A stretch of 64,000 nt of DNA, from the NCBI GenBank assembly GCA_951406725.2, contig OX597828.1:46066001-46130000 (forward strand). Reading direction: 5' to 3'. Positions within the stretch are counted from its first letter, which is position 1. Every line of letters starts with the position of its first letter. Positions 39,901-53,827 of the stretch are shown here, piece after piece. The notes beneath the pieces are model-generated. The model was not told the origin of the DNA. It saw only the letters and a program-made list of their open reading frames with translations, and searched no databases. A program made the position numbers and the translations under genes. The DNA is from Octopus vulgaris (lineage: Eukaryota).

Positions 39901-40670
39901 TGGTTGTGGTGTTGGTGGTGGTGGTGGTGGTTTGGTGTGGTGGCGGTTGTTGGTTGTGGTGTTGGTGGTGGTGGTGGTGGTTTGGTGTGGTGGCGGTCGT
40001 TGGTTGTGGTGTTGGTGGTGGTGGTGGTGGTTTGGTGTGGTGGCGGTTGTTGGTTGTGGTGTTGGTGGTGGTGGTTGTGGTTTGTTGTGGTGGCGGTTGT
40101 TGGTTGTGGTGTTGGTGGTGGTGGTTTGTTGTGGTGGCGGTTGTTGGTTGTGGTGTTGGTGGTGGTTGTGGTGGTTTGTTGTGGTGGCGGTCGTTGGTTG
40201 TGGTGTTGGTGGTGGTGGTGGTGGTTTGTTGTAGTGGCGGTTGTTGGTTGTGGTGTTGGTGGTGGTGGTGGTGGTTTGGTGTGGTGGCGGTTGTTGGTTG
40301 TGGTGTTGGTGGTGGTGGTGGTGGTTTGGTGTGGTGGCGGTTGTTGGTTGTGGTGTTGGTGGTGGTGGTGGTGGTTTGGTGTGGTGGCGGTCGTTGGTTG
40401 TGGTGTTTGTGGTGGTGGTGGTGGTGGTTTGGTGTGGTGGCGGTTGTTGGTTGTGGTGTTGGTGTTGGTGGTGGTTTGGTGTGGTGGCGGTTGTTGGTTG
40501 TGGTGTTCGTGGTGGTGGTGGTGGTTTGGTGTGGTGGCGGTTGTTGGTTGTGGTGTTGGTGTTGGTGGTGGTGGTGGTGGTTTGGTGTGGTGGCGGTTGT
40601 TGGTTGTGGTGTTGGTGTTGGTGGTGGTTTGGTGTGGTGGCGGTTATTGGTCGTGGTGGTGGTGGTGGTT
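36983..40670. repeat. 3.7-kb minisatellite, unit about 40 bp: TTG(G/T)TGTGGTGGCGGTTGTTGGTTGTGGTGTT(GGT)n
   Basis: Roughly 85-90 units, almost devoid of A on the + strand; unit length varies by GGT triplets. Confidence 0.97.
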
Positions 40671-41167
40671 GTCGTCGTGGCGGGGGCGGCGGTGGGACGT
40701 GTGGTAGAGTTGGTTGTTTGTTGTTTTTGTTTATGATGTCGCCGTTCATTTCGTTGCTTCTCTTGTTTTCCTCTTCATACTCAGACCCAGTCCTCATCGA
40801 GCAAATTTCTAATTAAAATTATTTGTTTATTCAGATATACATTATATAAATTATGTAGGACGCCATTAATTAATACGCCTTTGTTTTTACGTCAGTAAAG
40901 CGTGTGAAGCGAGCTTTATTTCTTGATATGTTTCTTTCTTTCGTTCTTTCTTTCTTTATTTATTTCTCCTTCTTTCTTTCTTTCTCTCTTTTTTGTGTTT
41001 ATTTCTATTCCTAGCATGTCAAGTGGTCACATTGTCGTTTACTTTCGTAACGTAATTAAAACGAAAAGCTTCGCAGGGGCTTCCCCGTACTTCATTCTAT
41101 TGTAGAATAATGTGTGGAAACTGAAACAACAACAGCAGCAATAATGATGATAATAATAATAGTAGTA

Positions 41168-41277
<110 letters not shown>

Positions 41278-41301
41278 TATTATAGATATATGTGGTGTGT
41301 A

Positions 41302-41365
<64 letters not shown>

Positions 41366-42399
41366 TGTATGTATGTATGTATGCATGTATGTATGCATGT
41401 ATGTATGTACGTATGTGTATATGCATGTATGCATATAAAACACCGTAATGAATTCAGAATTTACTGCACTGCGTTTAGTTATAATTTGAAACAGATTTTG
41501 TTTTCCTTTAGTAAAGATTCAGTTTTAACCTCGTTAACGAAAACCAAACAAAGAGGCGAAATAAAGGATTTGTTCTCTCTTTGATGTCAGAAAGAGAGAT
41601 TTAAAAACTTAGTGTCTAGTTTCCTTAGATCCATATTAGAAAAGATAATATCCATCATATCCGCCATCTTTACGTAAAGGGATCTATAACTTATAATCGC
41701 TAATACGTTGCATCACGTAGAACTCAGTTAAATTGGCCAATCTAATTCTTATTAGAGTGAATCTGGCGAAAATGTGGATTGCTTATTTCATTGTAAATTT
41801 TATAGAACATTTGGATAATTTGAAATATAGGACATAGTCTATTTTTTTAAAAATATAAACATACGCTTTTAGCCTCGCTATGACAAATAAATAAAATAGA
41901 TACACCATAGATGTTATGTCTCTTGGAACAGTAAAAGTAGATGTTTCTGACTAGTTTATAGAGGCTGTATACCTTCCAAAGAGCTGTGAACTACTCGTCT
42001 CGACGTGGTTAGGAAATGAATACTCATTCCCGGATGAAAGTCTAAGAAGACTTAAAATTAATCAGACTTGTCCTACATTTTCTATCCATGGTTAGATAAA
42101 TTCTGCGATGTAATATTTTCTCTAGTCTTTTCAGCGAAACTAAAATTGTATGGTCATTAAAATTGACGTCTTGTATTACTAATTATCCAAAAATGCTATG
42201 TCATTTACAGTAAATGAATTAATCAATGTCATTTCCATATCTAATCATTATATTTTGTAGTAGGGGTTCTGAATGAGAGAGGAACCTACGAGATGACCAC
42301 AAAAAATGGCTGTGCAAACGTTTTCGGCCACCTCATATAAAACAATTAGGATGCAGTGAGAATTGGTCAGAAGGCCTCTAGAAGAGTGAAACGACTCAC

Positions 42400-43565
42400 G
42401 TTACACGACAAAAACAGTGAAGTTTGGGGGTAAAAGTCTGATGCATTGGGGATACATAAAAAGTGATGGTTCAAGGAAGGTGGTTAAAATTGACGGTAAC
42501 TTGAATAGTGGCATATACATCCAGTTGCTGAAGGACAATTTGATACCTGACTTGGATGAAGATGAAAGTTTTCAGTATGACGGAACTCCATGCCACACAT
42601 CGCGCGCAACACAACAGTCTAGCTGATGAGGCTGTTACCATATTGAGAGATTGGCCAGCTCAGACCCTCACTTAAATATCATCGAAAATATGTGGACAGG
42701 ACTGAAGAGAAGAGTTCGTCAGAAGAATTTACACAATTTTGAAGAGCTGTAGGTCAGCCACAGAGAATTGCATCTCACACCTGTGAAGATCGTGAACGCA
42801 TTGAAGCAATTATTCAAGCTAAACGAAAGCCACACGAAATATTAACAATTTACAGTAACTACTTGAAATGAATATTATGTAATAAATTTTTATTATAGAC
42901 ATTTCTGATTTAAAGCACTATATCTTGATTGGTTTAAATGAGGTAGCCGAAAACTTTTCAACGGCCATTTTTTGTGGTCGTCTTGCAGCTTCCCCCTCTC
43001 ATTCAGAACCTCTACTACAAAATATAACGATTCAAACGGTGCCCACATTTCATTTGTTAAAAACGCAATGCGAAACATCTACTTATAAGTTAGTAATTAG
43101 TAGAAATTTACAATACTCTTACTCTTTACTCTTTTACTTGTTTCAGTCATTTGATTGCAGCCATGCTGAAGCACCGCCTTTAGTCGAGCAAATCGACCCC
43201 GGGACTTATTCGTTGTAAGTCCAGTACTTATTCTATCGGTCTCTTTTGGCGAACCGCTAAGTGACGGGGACGTAAACACACCAGCATCGGTTGTCAAGCA
43301 ATGCTAGAGGGACAAACACAGACACACAAACATATACACACACTTATATACATATACATATATACGACAGGCTTCTTTCAGTTTCCGTCTAGCAAATCCA
43401 CTCACAAGGCATTGATCGGCCCGAGGCTATAGCAGAAGACACTTGCCCAAGATGCCACGCAGTGGGACTGAACCCAGAACCATGTGGTTGGTAGGCAAGC
43501 TACTTACCACACAGCCACTCCTGCGCCTATAGTTTAAAGGTTCCGAAGGCTTTTGCACAGTACAG
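42400..43565 (+). mobile_element. Tc1-like transposon 3' part (second family), interrupted by a SINE
   Basis: VKFGGKSLMHWG..IDGNLNSGIYIQLL..FQYDGTPCHTSR, WPAQ, LNIIENMW; TIR-like end CTTTTGCACAGTACAG+TA. Confidence 0.8.
43115..43529 (-). mobile_element. SINE family A, full length
   Basis: Head and tail intact. Confidence 0.92.
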
Positions 43566-45169
43566 TAGTTTATATGTGCTACAAATAACATATAGATAAT
43601 GGGAATTTTCCTTTGATAAAGGTTTACGTTTAGAATAAAATCAGATCAAACCTAGCTTTTCATCCCACGAAAGGATAAATAGATTATTTAATCGCTCGAA
43701 TTTTGTTATACAGGATAAAGTGATATGTTTATGTGAAATGTTTTACATTTTGAATTAACGACATCAACTTGCATTTCAATTCGAACATGGTAGAGGGGAA
43801 AATTTTGTGATTGATTGAAATTAACTGTTAAAGGTAGTTACGTAATATTTCCTAGAAATAAGAAATGTAAAGATGACATTGGAGAGAAATGAAGAAAGAA
43901 ATGGGATGTCTGTTCATATATTAATAAGTTTCTTTCAAATTGATTCTCAGGAACCCGCCTAGTCCACCTATACATTGAAACGTGGCACGTGGTAGCAACG
44001 GTTCGTCGATTTGCTGTTGTTAGTTGGAGCATAAATTTTGTTTTGTTAGTTTGTAGTTTGGAGATAAGCTTTGCTAGTTGGAAACATTTTAACTTGAGGT
44101 AGTTTTATTTAATCACGGTTTATAATTCAATAGATGTTATCGCATATTGTTGAATATAATAAGTGAAGTAATTGAGTTTTAAATTCGGACACGCATTATT
44201 TTGTGCATTCTATTTCTATACGTGCCCCAAAAACATACAAAAAAGTTCACATTGTTAAAGCAATTATTATACAAGTTTGTATAGCGAAGTTATACGTACT
44301 CGATAATAACATTATCCATGCACAAACACTTTACAATACATTCAACAAATAAAGGTTTGACATCTCTGAGCAATCAGACAGTGGCACGTCATGTATTTTT
44401 TTACTTTTGAATAGGATTTTATTGGTTTGCCAATGAATGCCATTACCAACGAATCCTAACATTCACGCAAATCATTTACGAGATATTACTGTTCATATGA
44501 ATTTCCAAAAATCCACGCTAGATTAGAAAACTAACCAAGCGCTTAGATTGATATTCTCTCCGCTGGTCTATCAATTGGGCTTACTTTCGATAATTTCTAT
44601 ATGGAAAACAGAGCAGATACGCCATAGCTTAAAACTTGTTAGCTTATATGGAGAAAATCATAAGAAGCATTTGGAAAGGGAATAATAGTGTAATGAATAT
44701 AACCAATCTGTATGTGGGCATCCGACCTACTAGAAACGTCTGCACCATCCTCCTCGAATTGTCATCATCTTAGAAACAAGGGCACGTTGAATTATTTTGT
44801 ACTAGCTAAACATATAGAGGGCATGTCCCAATCGTAATGTCATTCAACATAGGACTGTTTGATCAGGGTTGGCCATATATCAACTATACAAAAGCAACAG
44901 GTTCGGAAATGTAGTGAGAAATTCAAAATGTAAAATTTAGAAATTAGTTAATAAATTGCTTAGAAAACACATTTATTGTATTCTATAAATGCGAATTGTA
45001 CGAAAGCAAACTTAATTCTTACACAGCGTTTAAATAAACTTTTAGATCCAACGTCAATTTAAAATAATTGATAATGACTCCAAACTTGACACACAAGACA
45101 AACAAAGACACTCTTGATCGTCACTTGCAATGCAAGATCTCCCTGAAACCACATTCTACGATATTAAAA

Positions 45170-45400
45170 AATGTTAGGACACTTCGCTTAATCTTGAGCC
45201 TGAAATTGGAACATTATGTGACCAACAACAAAGTCCTGGAAAGAGGCAACAGTCAAAATATCGAATCGTTGATCATGAAATAGCGTCTTCGTTGGTCAGG
45301 ACATGTAGATTCCCACGTTATATCTTATTCTGTGATCTCACTTCAGGAAAAGACCATGGGCTGCTCTCTTCGAAGATACAAGGAACAACTCAAAGCAAAT
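45170..45400 (+). mobile_element. RTE-clade LINE fragment
   Basis: LRLILSLKLEHYVTNNKVLERGNSQNIESLIMK*RLRWSGHV. Confidence 0.75.
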
Positions 45401-45504
45401 GGTTAATTTTCCCTTACTCAAGAATTCAATCACTACTACCATCCACAACGGGTGATTTTCAGGACCTGTGACCATTTAATATACTACTATCATGGCACTC
45501 CCGC

Positions 45505-45824
45505 ATTCTTCTCCTTCCTCCTACTCCTCCTCTTCTTCTTCTTCTTCTTCTTCTTCTTCTTCTTCTTCTTCTTCTTCTTCTTCTTCTTCTTCTTCTTCTT
45601 CTTCTTCTTCTTCTTCTTCTTCTTCTTCTTCTCCTCCTTCTTCTTCTTCTTCTTCTTCTTCTTCTTCTTCTTCTTCTTCTTCTTCTTCTTCTTCTTCTTC
45701 TTCTCCTCCACCTCCTCCTTCTTCTTCTTCTTCTTCTTCTTCTTCTTCTTCTTCTTCTTCTCCACCTCCTCCTTCTTCTTCTTCTTCTTCTTCTTCTTCT
45801 TTTTCTTTGTTTTCTTCTTCTTCC
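45505..45824. repeat. (TTC)n/(CCT)n polypyrimidine tract, about 320 bp
   Basis: Directly visible. Confidence 0.95.
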
Positions 45825-46014
45825 CTAACAACGAACTCGAACCCACAAGAGTAAACAAGAGAGACAGAGTCAGGCAGAAACAAGGAAAATGCCCCTTGTA
45901 TTTGAATACTATGCAAATATTCATTTTAAAAACTTTTCTTTTAAGTTTTTCCCAAATTTAATTGCTTTCCATATATATAAACACATACAAATATATATAT
46001 ATATATATATATAT

Positions 46015-46252
46015 AAGTAGTTGAATGAATTATCTTAGTATGGATAATTCGGTTAACCGATACCTGGGTAGCAAATTCACGTCAGAAAAACACGATTGAA
46101 GCTACATGCCAAGGGCAGAGATCACGTGCTTTCGTGTGGAAATTTGTGTGTTTTTTTAATACAAATAAATGAAAGAATGGAGTTGAACGACGATTTATTG
46201 TTAAACGACGATTTATTGTTAAATCGTCGTTCAACTCCATTCTTTCATTTAT
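46015..46252 (-). mobile_element. Fold-back copy of the 55805-56143 hammerhead family, starting just 3' of the ribozyme
   Basis: Reverse-complement homology to about 55960-56143; about 30-bp terminal hairpin with a 17-bp tandem duplication in the loop; flanked by (TA)n. Confidence 0.8.
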
Positions 46253-46253
46253 A

Positions 46254-46302
<49 letters not shown>

Positions 46303-46831
46303 TTTGAGATTCACTGCAAATTATACACATCCATGCTGACAGGGAACGTAATCGCCCGAAAATCAGCTGTCGTTATATTCCCGGTCAGTTTCGGTTTCTT
46401 TACCGTAGCATCTTCAGTGAGATAGGCCCGACTCGGTTGTTCTCGAACGGAGATCACTGCCTGCATATATGACTACACCATAGAAATCTTTGGATGATTT
46501 AACGAATCGCTAATGTGCACACAAATAATTAATGTAGTCATCTGTAAGCAATATGTACCAAAAAAGGAAAACTGTAACCGTCATTAAATATAACTGAAGA
46601 TGTTAGAAACACCTACGTAGCTAGAAATAAGAGCTAAACACTCTAATGCTGCAATCATGTCACATATTTGTATGAACACACGCTGACAGGGTCCGTAATT
46701 TCCCGAAGAGCAGCGGTCGAGATATTTCCAGACCGATCGGTCAATTCCGGCTTTTTTCCGTAGCCTCTTACGCTACTCTGTTATTTCTGCTAAATATTAA
46801 TTTTTAAAAATAAGTGTGTGCATGTTTGTGT

Positions 46832-46883
<52 letters not shown>

Positions 46884-46884
46884 A

Positions 46885-47085
46885 TGTATCCTCTACCACC
46901 ACTTGACAACCGGTGTTGGCGTGACTATATCCGTATTACTTAGCGGTTCGGTATTAGTGTGAGATAGAAGTACTTGGCTATAAAAAAGAACTAAGTATTA
47001 GGAGACACTCATTCGACTAAAATTTCTTCAGGGTTGTGTCCTAGCATGGCCAGAGTCAAATGACTGAATCAAGTAAAACATCAAA
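46885..47085 (+). mobile_element. Diverged SINE family A tail
   Basis: Homology to family A. Confidence 0.7.
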
Positions 47086-47300
47086 AGGTGTGACCAGCCT
47101 GTTTTGTTTTAATCTGTAATATTGTAAATTCATCTAAATAGGGTTTGGTTTTTGAGACAATAGGAAGCTTTATTTTATGCATGCAGGCAACCAGAATTAT
47201 AGAAGTGCGACGAAATTTTTTGACACGCTATAGTAGACAACAGTATTAAATAATAAAATATGGTGAATGTAAACGCTGTTGTGTTCTTAATTGGTTATCT

Positions 47301-47400
47301 CAGTGCTTCTCAAAGTGGGCGGTACCGCCCCCTGGGAGCAATGGGTAATTTAATATGGGTACTAGAAAAAAAAAAAAAAAGCGGGCGCTAGGGGGCGATA
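47301..47400 (+). mobile_element. hAT (Charlie-like) MITE left end
   Basis: CAGTGCTTCTCAAAGTGGGCGGTACCGCCCCCTGGG terminus; no partner end found. Confidence 0.5.
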
Positions 47401-47840
47401 GATGCATAGATGCATCTGTACAAATTTTAAAATTTTTTCTCCTCCCATTTAAATATCAACAAAAAATATTAAATATAATATTATGATAAAGCGCTAGTTA
47501 GCTGCAATGACAACAACAACGACAACAGCAACAACCATAGCAGACTTCGAAATGCGAATAAGTAAATAAACGTTTGAATATATACCGCATATGCTTGCAG
47601 TATCTAACTTATAATAGGGTGGTGCTGTGGTAAGTAGTCACCCGCGTCAAACAGGGTACCTTGAACTAAATTGCTACGGTTTGATATTACATGCATGTAT
47701 ATATTAAAATGGCGGCGGAGGGGAGAGCACTGAATCGTAGGTGGTGGTGGTGGGGGGGGCGTTGGAAATGAGAAAGTAAAGAAAGGTAGAATTTTTATTA
47801 AAATATGTCTGAGAATTATTGATTTAAATGAATGCCTTCT

Positions 47841-47899
<59 letters not shown>

Positions 47900-47932
47900 C
47901 GTATATGTATAATGTAATATCGGTTTCGAATT

Positions 47933-49470
47933 AAGGTGGCGAGCTGGCAGAAACATTAGCACGCCGGGCGAAATGCGTAGCCGTATTTCGTCTGCCGCTA
48001 CGTTCTGAGTTCAAATTCCGCCAAAGTCGACTTTGCCCTTCATCCTTTCGGGATCGATTAAATAAGAACCAGTTGCGCACTGGGGTCGATATAATCGACT
48101 TAATCCGTTTGTCTGTCCTTGTTTGTCCCTTCTGGGTTTAGCCCCTTGTGGGTAGTAAAGAAATAGGTATTTCGTCTGTCTTTACGTTCTGAGTTCAAAT
48201 TGCACCGAGGTCAGCGTTGTATTTCATCCTTTCGTGGTCAATAAATCAAGTACTAGTTGCGTACTGGAGTCGATCTAATCGACTGACCACCTCCACAAAA
48301 ATTTCGAGCCTTGTGCCTAGAGTAGAAAAGAATACTGGTTTCAAATTTTAGCACAAAATCATCAATTTTGGGGGAGGGTTAAGTCGATTACATCGACCCC
48401 CAGTGCTCAACTGCTATTTATTCTATCGACACCTTTCGGTGTCGATACAATAAATACCAGCTGAGCACCGAACTCAGAACCTGAAAACGAACTAAATACT
48501 TCTACGTACTTTGCACGGCGTACTAACCTCTCTGCCAGCTTGCCGCCCTATGATATAATATAATATATTATTTCGGAAAGAATGAGGCGGTTAGCAGGCA
48601 GAATCGATTGCACAAGGGCAAAAAGCCCAGCAGCATTTCGCCTAAATTTAAGTTCTGAATTCAAACTCCGTCGAGGTCGACTTTGCCGTTACAGGGTCGA
48701 TAAAATAAATACCAGTTGAGCGCTACAGTACTTGTAATCGACTTTCCCAGCTACCCTGAAATTTGCTGGCCTTGTTCCAATATTTGATGCCAATATTTCG
48801 ATAAGAAGAATTCAAACAACAGAAGACGGCAAGCTGGCAGAAACGTTCTCGCGCCGGGCGAAATGCTTAGCCGTATTTCTTCTGCCGTTGCGTTCTGAGA
48901 TCAAATTCCGCCGAGGTCGACTTTGCTTTTCATCCTTTCGGGATCGATTAAATAAGTACCAGTTACGCACTGGTAACTTATTTTTCAGGTCCTGAGTTCG
49001 GTGCTCAGCTGGTATTTATTGTATCGACACCGAAAGGTGTCGATAGAATAAATACCAGTTGAGCACTGGGGGACGATGTAATCGTCTTAACCCTCCCCCA
49101 AAATTGATGATTTTGTGCTAAAATTCGAAACCAATATTCTTTTCTACTCTAGGCACAAGGCCCGAAATTTTTGTGGAGGTGGCCAGTCGATTAGATCGAC
49201 TCCAGTACGCAACTGGTACTTGATTAATCGACTTAATCCATTTGTCTGTGCTTGTTTGTCCTCTCTGTGTTTAGCCCCTTGTGGGTAGTAAAGAAATAGG
49301 TATTTCGTCCGTTTCTTATGTTGCGAATTCAAATTCCGCCGAGATCGACTTTGCCTTTCATCCTTTCGGTGGCAATAAATTAAGTACCTGTTGCGTACTG
49401 GGGTCGATATAATCGAATTGCCTCCTCCCCAAAAATTTCGGGCCGCGGGCCTAGAGTAGAAAAGAATAAT
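47933..49470. mobile_element. Cluster of SINE family D copies (dimeric and partial, both strands) with an internal inverted duplication
   Basis: Heads at 47933 (+), about 48548 (-), 48585 (+) and 48825 (+); Meta-like cores. Confidence 0.85.
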
Positions 49471-49832
49471 TCAAACAGAAAGCAGATCCTGATCCTAAAA
49501 GCCTTCGACATACAATATATACAAGCATTTACAGAATACTTTGAAGTTCATGTCTCTGTTCTCTAATTTATCATTGAGAGATTTAAGACCCCATCTTCAG
49601 ATCTGATATGTCATTAAATGATATGGTGGATTATGCTTTACAGTATTTAATATGTATTAATTATTGAATAATGGCAACTGAAGTGATGGTAATAAAAAAC
49701 AAGTATTGATCCTCTGTTCTTTCTTTATATGTGGTTCCATTCACTACGTAGTAACCTCAAACTACATCAAAAGGTTTTTATTCATTCGGCCGCTTTCACC
49801 TTTGAGTTTAAGTGAAAATTAAGATGCACACA

Positions 49833-49893
<61 letters not shown>

Positions 49894-49897
<4 letters not shown>

Positions 49898-50075
49898 GAA
49901 AAGTTTACGGAAATAAACAAAAGACGAAGGCAGGTGGAGTACAAACAAACAAATGTATTAGTATAGCGCTCAGGAATAGAAAAAGTATTTTACGTTTCTA
50001 GCCTACGCTCTTCGACAGAAAGATACACAGAAAAAAACAGGGAGAGAAAAAAATGCGTGTAGGAGCTAACGATAG
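49894..50075 (-). mobile_element. A6U hammerhead family copy 4 (motif 49987-50022)
   Basis: CTTT-CTGTCGA-A-GAGC(GTAG)GCTA-GAAAC-GTA-AAAT; ends at (TA)n. Confidence 0.7.
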
Positions 50076-50654
50076 ATAGAGAGAGGGGGAGAGAGAGAGA
50101 GATACATAGATTGATAGATAGATAGACAGACAGACAGTCAGGCATACGAACATGTGTGCTTGAATGCACGTATACAGTTAAATGAATTTAGTTATTAATT
50201 TGCAGCATTACATGTCAACACCTAAATAGAAATATACATAGATATGCATAAGCAAACACATTCATACACACAGACACACGCACACACACATGCGAGCATT
50301 CGTAATATCGGTGGTGAGTAAGAGTGTGTACGTAAATGTGTGATTGTTTGTACGTTTATACATATTTCTGGTAATTATTGTTTGTAATTGAAGATTCACC
50401 GAAAGTTTGTGTCCATGAGAACAGCTTAAGACTTCAAGGTGAGAAGGTTAAAAGAGAAAATAATCTACGTATTTAAGTTAGGTCAATATAAATTATAACT
50501 GCTAACTTGTCGACGACTGTGTACCCTCCGGCGCTCAGCCATCAGACGGACGACGATGAAGAAGACCCGAACATGAAATTATACTCACAAATACATGCAG
50601 ATGCAATCACACAGAAACACACAAATTAAACACACGCGAGCGCACATAGCTAGC

Positions 50655-50903
<249 letters not shown>

Positions 50904-51115
50904 GGCTAGTATACACACAGAATTACATAGATATATGCACATCCAAACTCACATGCTCGCACATACATACAAATGTCTATATGCAGGTATATATACGTTT
51001 ATAAATGTATATGAAGATATGTATGTATATATGCAACTCTCTCTCTCCCCCTCTCTATATATATATTTATTTATCTATATTTAGATATTTACAAGTATAT
51101 ATAATTGTGTGTGTG

Positions 51116-51151
<36 letters not shown>

Positions 51152-51294
51152 CATACATACTCCCACACACAAAACACACACACCTATATATGTGTGTGTA
51201 TTTGTGCGCTCGATTCTGTGTGCCTGTGTATATAGATATATATATGTTTATATATGTATGTATATATATGTGTGTGTGTGTATATATATTTATA

Positions 51295-51326
<32 letters not shown>

Positions 51327-51327
51327 C

Positions 51328-51374
<47 letters not shown>

Positions 51375-52564
51375 CATATATATATATATATATATATATA
51401 CATATTATATATATATGCATATGTGTGAACGTATGCATAAAGACATACATATACAGACAGATAGACTGGTAGGCAGATAGACTCGTTAAAGTTGAGTCAC
51501 AAACGTAGGGGAAATATACGGACGGAGAGCGATTAATTAGAGATATCGCGTGAGTAGAGTATTGCCAAAAGTAAAGGGAAGGTGTTGGGCAGGGACTGGA
51601 AAGGCTGAAAGGGTTATAAGTTTTCTAATAAATATATATATAAAAAAGCAATTAGAGAAAGGATTCAAGCTCTGTGGGATAGCTTGAAACGACACAATTT
51701 GAGGGAGAAAATCTCACGATGATGAAAACAGTAGGGTACTTGTTTAAATATATATGCATACAAAATAAAAAGGACTAGGGAATTAGAATCCGGTTGGGTA
51801 CCTTATTCTCTCTCTATTATAATCCAGACCAGGCTTTCCTCATTGAATGACATGGAACCAACAGAATCGTTTAACAATAAGAAGTACACTATACATTACT
51901 TGATAGGACCTATCTGGGCTTCTCAATCATTTATCTATGGACCCGTTTTGATTACGGACCCCATAGCCATACGATGCTTAAAAAGTCGTTTTATTGATGC
52001 TTCTTTCAAAATTCCTAATTTATTTATCACGCTTTCGCTTGTGTAGGTTAATCTACGTAACACTTAAGAGAAATGACCGTAGCTGATTCATACAAGAAAT
52101 ATATCTACAGCAAAAATTCTTTCATGAACTTTTAATTAACTTTTGTGGATACCAAAATTTACTATTGCGAAAATAACTCTGACAGTTCAAATACTGAGAA
52201 ATAAGCATACCCAATTTCAAATAATCTAGGAAGATGAATTGGTTAATTCGGTCGAGCGCTCTGTATCTAGTTCTAGAAATTGTGTTTTATAAACGACAGA
52301 CTATGCTGATGATCTTGCAGGTGTTTATGTATTCATATACGTAAATTATTAACAGGTGAATCTAATTAGTACGTTTTTTTATTTCGTATATTTTCATTTG
52401 TCTTGCTTATTTTTAAGCTTTGGCCTTTTGCTGATTTTTTTCTTGAGAAGACATTCTCCGTGGAAAATGGCGATTTTGACGTCTATTTCTTGTATACAGG
52501 CTGTCCACATTTAGTGGTCAATCCTCTAAATTTTCTATTTCATAACTGAATATACATACATACA

Positions 52565-52630
<66 letters not shown>

Positions 52631-53349
52631 TATATACAAGCACATATACATATACTCATATAGACATGTATATATATATATATATATATATACATGCATA
52701 CATACACACATACATACATACATACATATAATCCAAGAGCAGTGATCCTTGATTTGTTGTTTTATCTGCGAGAATCTCCGTGTATTCAACGACACTATTT
52801 TTTTTAGCCAAAATGGAGATGAACACGATCCTTCCGTGTGATCAGCTTGAAAGATTGTTAAGATATTAAGATACTTTCACAACATGAAACCAACGGCAGT
52901 ATTAATATACAAACAAAAAAAATTCTATCCATGAATGCGGAACTTCTGTCCACGAATGCGAATAGGGAGGGATGATCATGTTTCTGCATATATCTACGCA
53001 GACATGAGTAAGTAATTTCAGAAGGAAATTAGCAATTGCTTCTTAACAAAGTTTCCTGCATTTGTTACCAACAATGTCCTGCAAGAAAAAGGCGTTTGTT
53101 AAACACTAGCACACCATGGCACCGGAGTTATATGATGAGTTGCTAAGAGCCCCCAAAACCCCTAACGATAATGCAAGTCTGACTATGTAAATAGGATACT
53201 AATCCATAGCCCCATCTCGATTTACTTTTAGTATTTTTTTTTATGGTGGACCTTGATAAAGTGACCGCTAGAAGTGACTACCGTGGGATTCGAAGTAATA
53301 TTCAACAGACTTGTAACAAAAACCAAATGAAATTCTCTCTACACTGACT

Positions 53350-53403
53350 ACATATCAAATATACAACATATCAAATATACAACATATCAAATATACAACA
53401 TAT
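53350..53403. repeat. 16-bp tandem repeat CATATCAAATATACAA x3
   Basis: Directly visible. Confidence 0.85.
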
Positions 53404-53696
53404 ACGTAGCGTGTATAAAAGTGAGCGTATATGTATACTTAGATATCTGCATGATATGTGTATACGCGAGTATTATTTACATACGTATAGATATGTCCGC
53501 GTGTTTGGTGTGCGTGTAAGTATGCGAATTTGTATGGATGAATGTGAACTTGTATGTGTATATATATGTATGTACATATGTATGTATGCATGTATGCGTG
53601 CTTATGTATATAGTTATAAAGATAGATATAGCAAATACCCAGTCACACATGTTCCTAATCACGTATACGCATATACACATATATGAGAATATACAT

Positions 53697-53731
<35 letters not shown>

Positions 53732-53745
53732 CGTATATATATATA

Positions 53746-53776
<31 letters not shown>

Positions 53777-53777
53777 C

Positions 53778-53826
<49 letters not shown>

Positions 53827-53827
53827 A

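Noticed and set aside
36774-40816. Very long ORFs (1275 aa, 1082 aa and others) over the G/T array
   Set aside because: Stops are nearly impossible because the + strand lacks A and the - strand lacks T; several frames are open, so length is not evidence of coding.
46385-46625. CTGAAGA..GAAAC motifs near 46410 (-) and 46594 (+)
   Set aside because: No paired stem I with a cleavage triplet; treated as chance matches.
50500-50630. CpG-rich unique stretch as an exon (NLSTTVYPPALSHQTDDDEEDPNMK on +, MAERRRVHSRRQ on -)
   Set aside because: No convincing splice sites or recognisable homology.
51500-52040. Another Penelope RT remnant (MAMGS, RIRYP on minus)
   Set aside because: Motifs are too short and in different frames to support a call.
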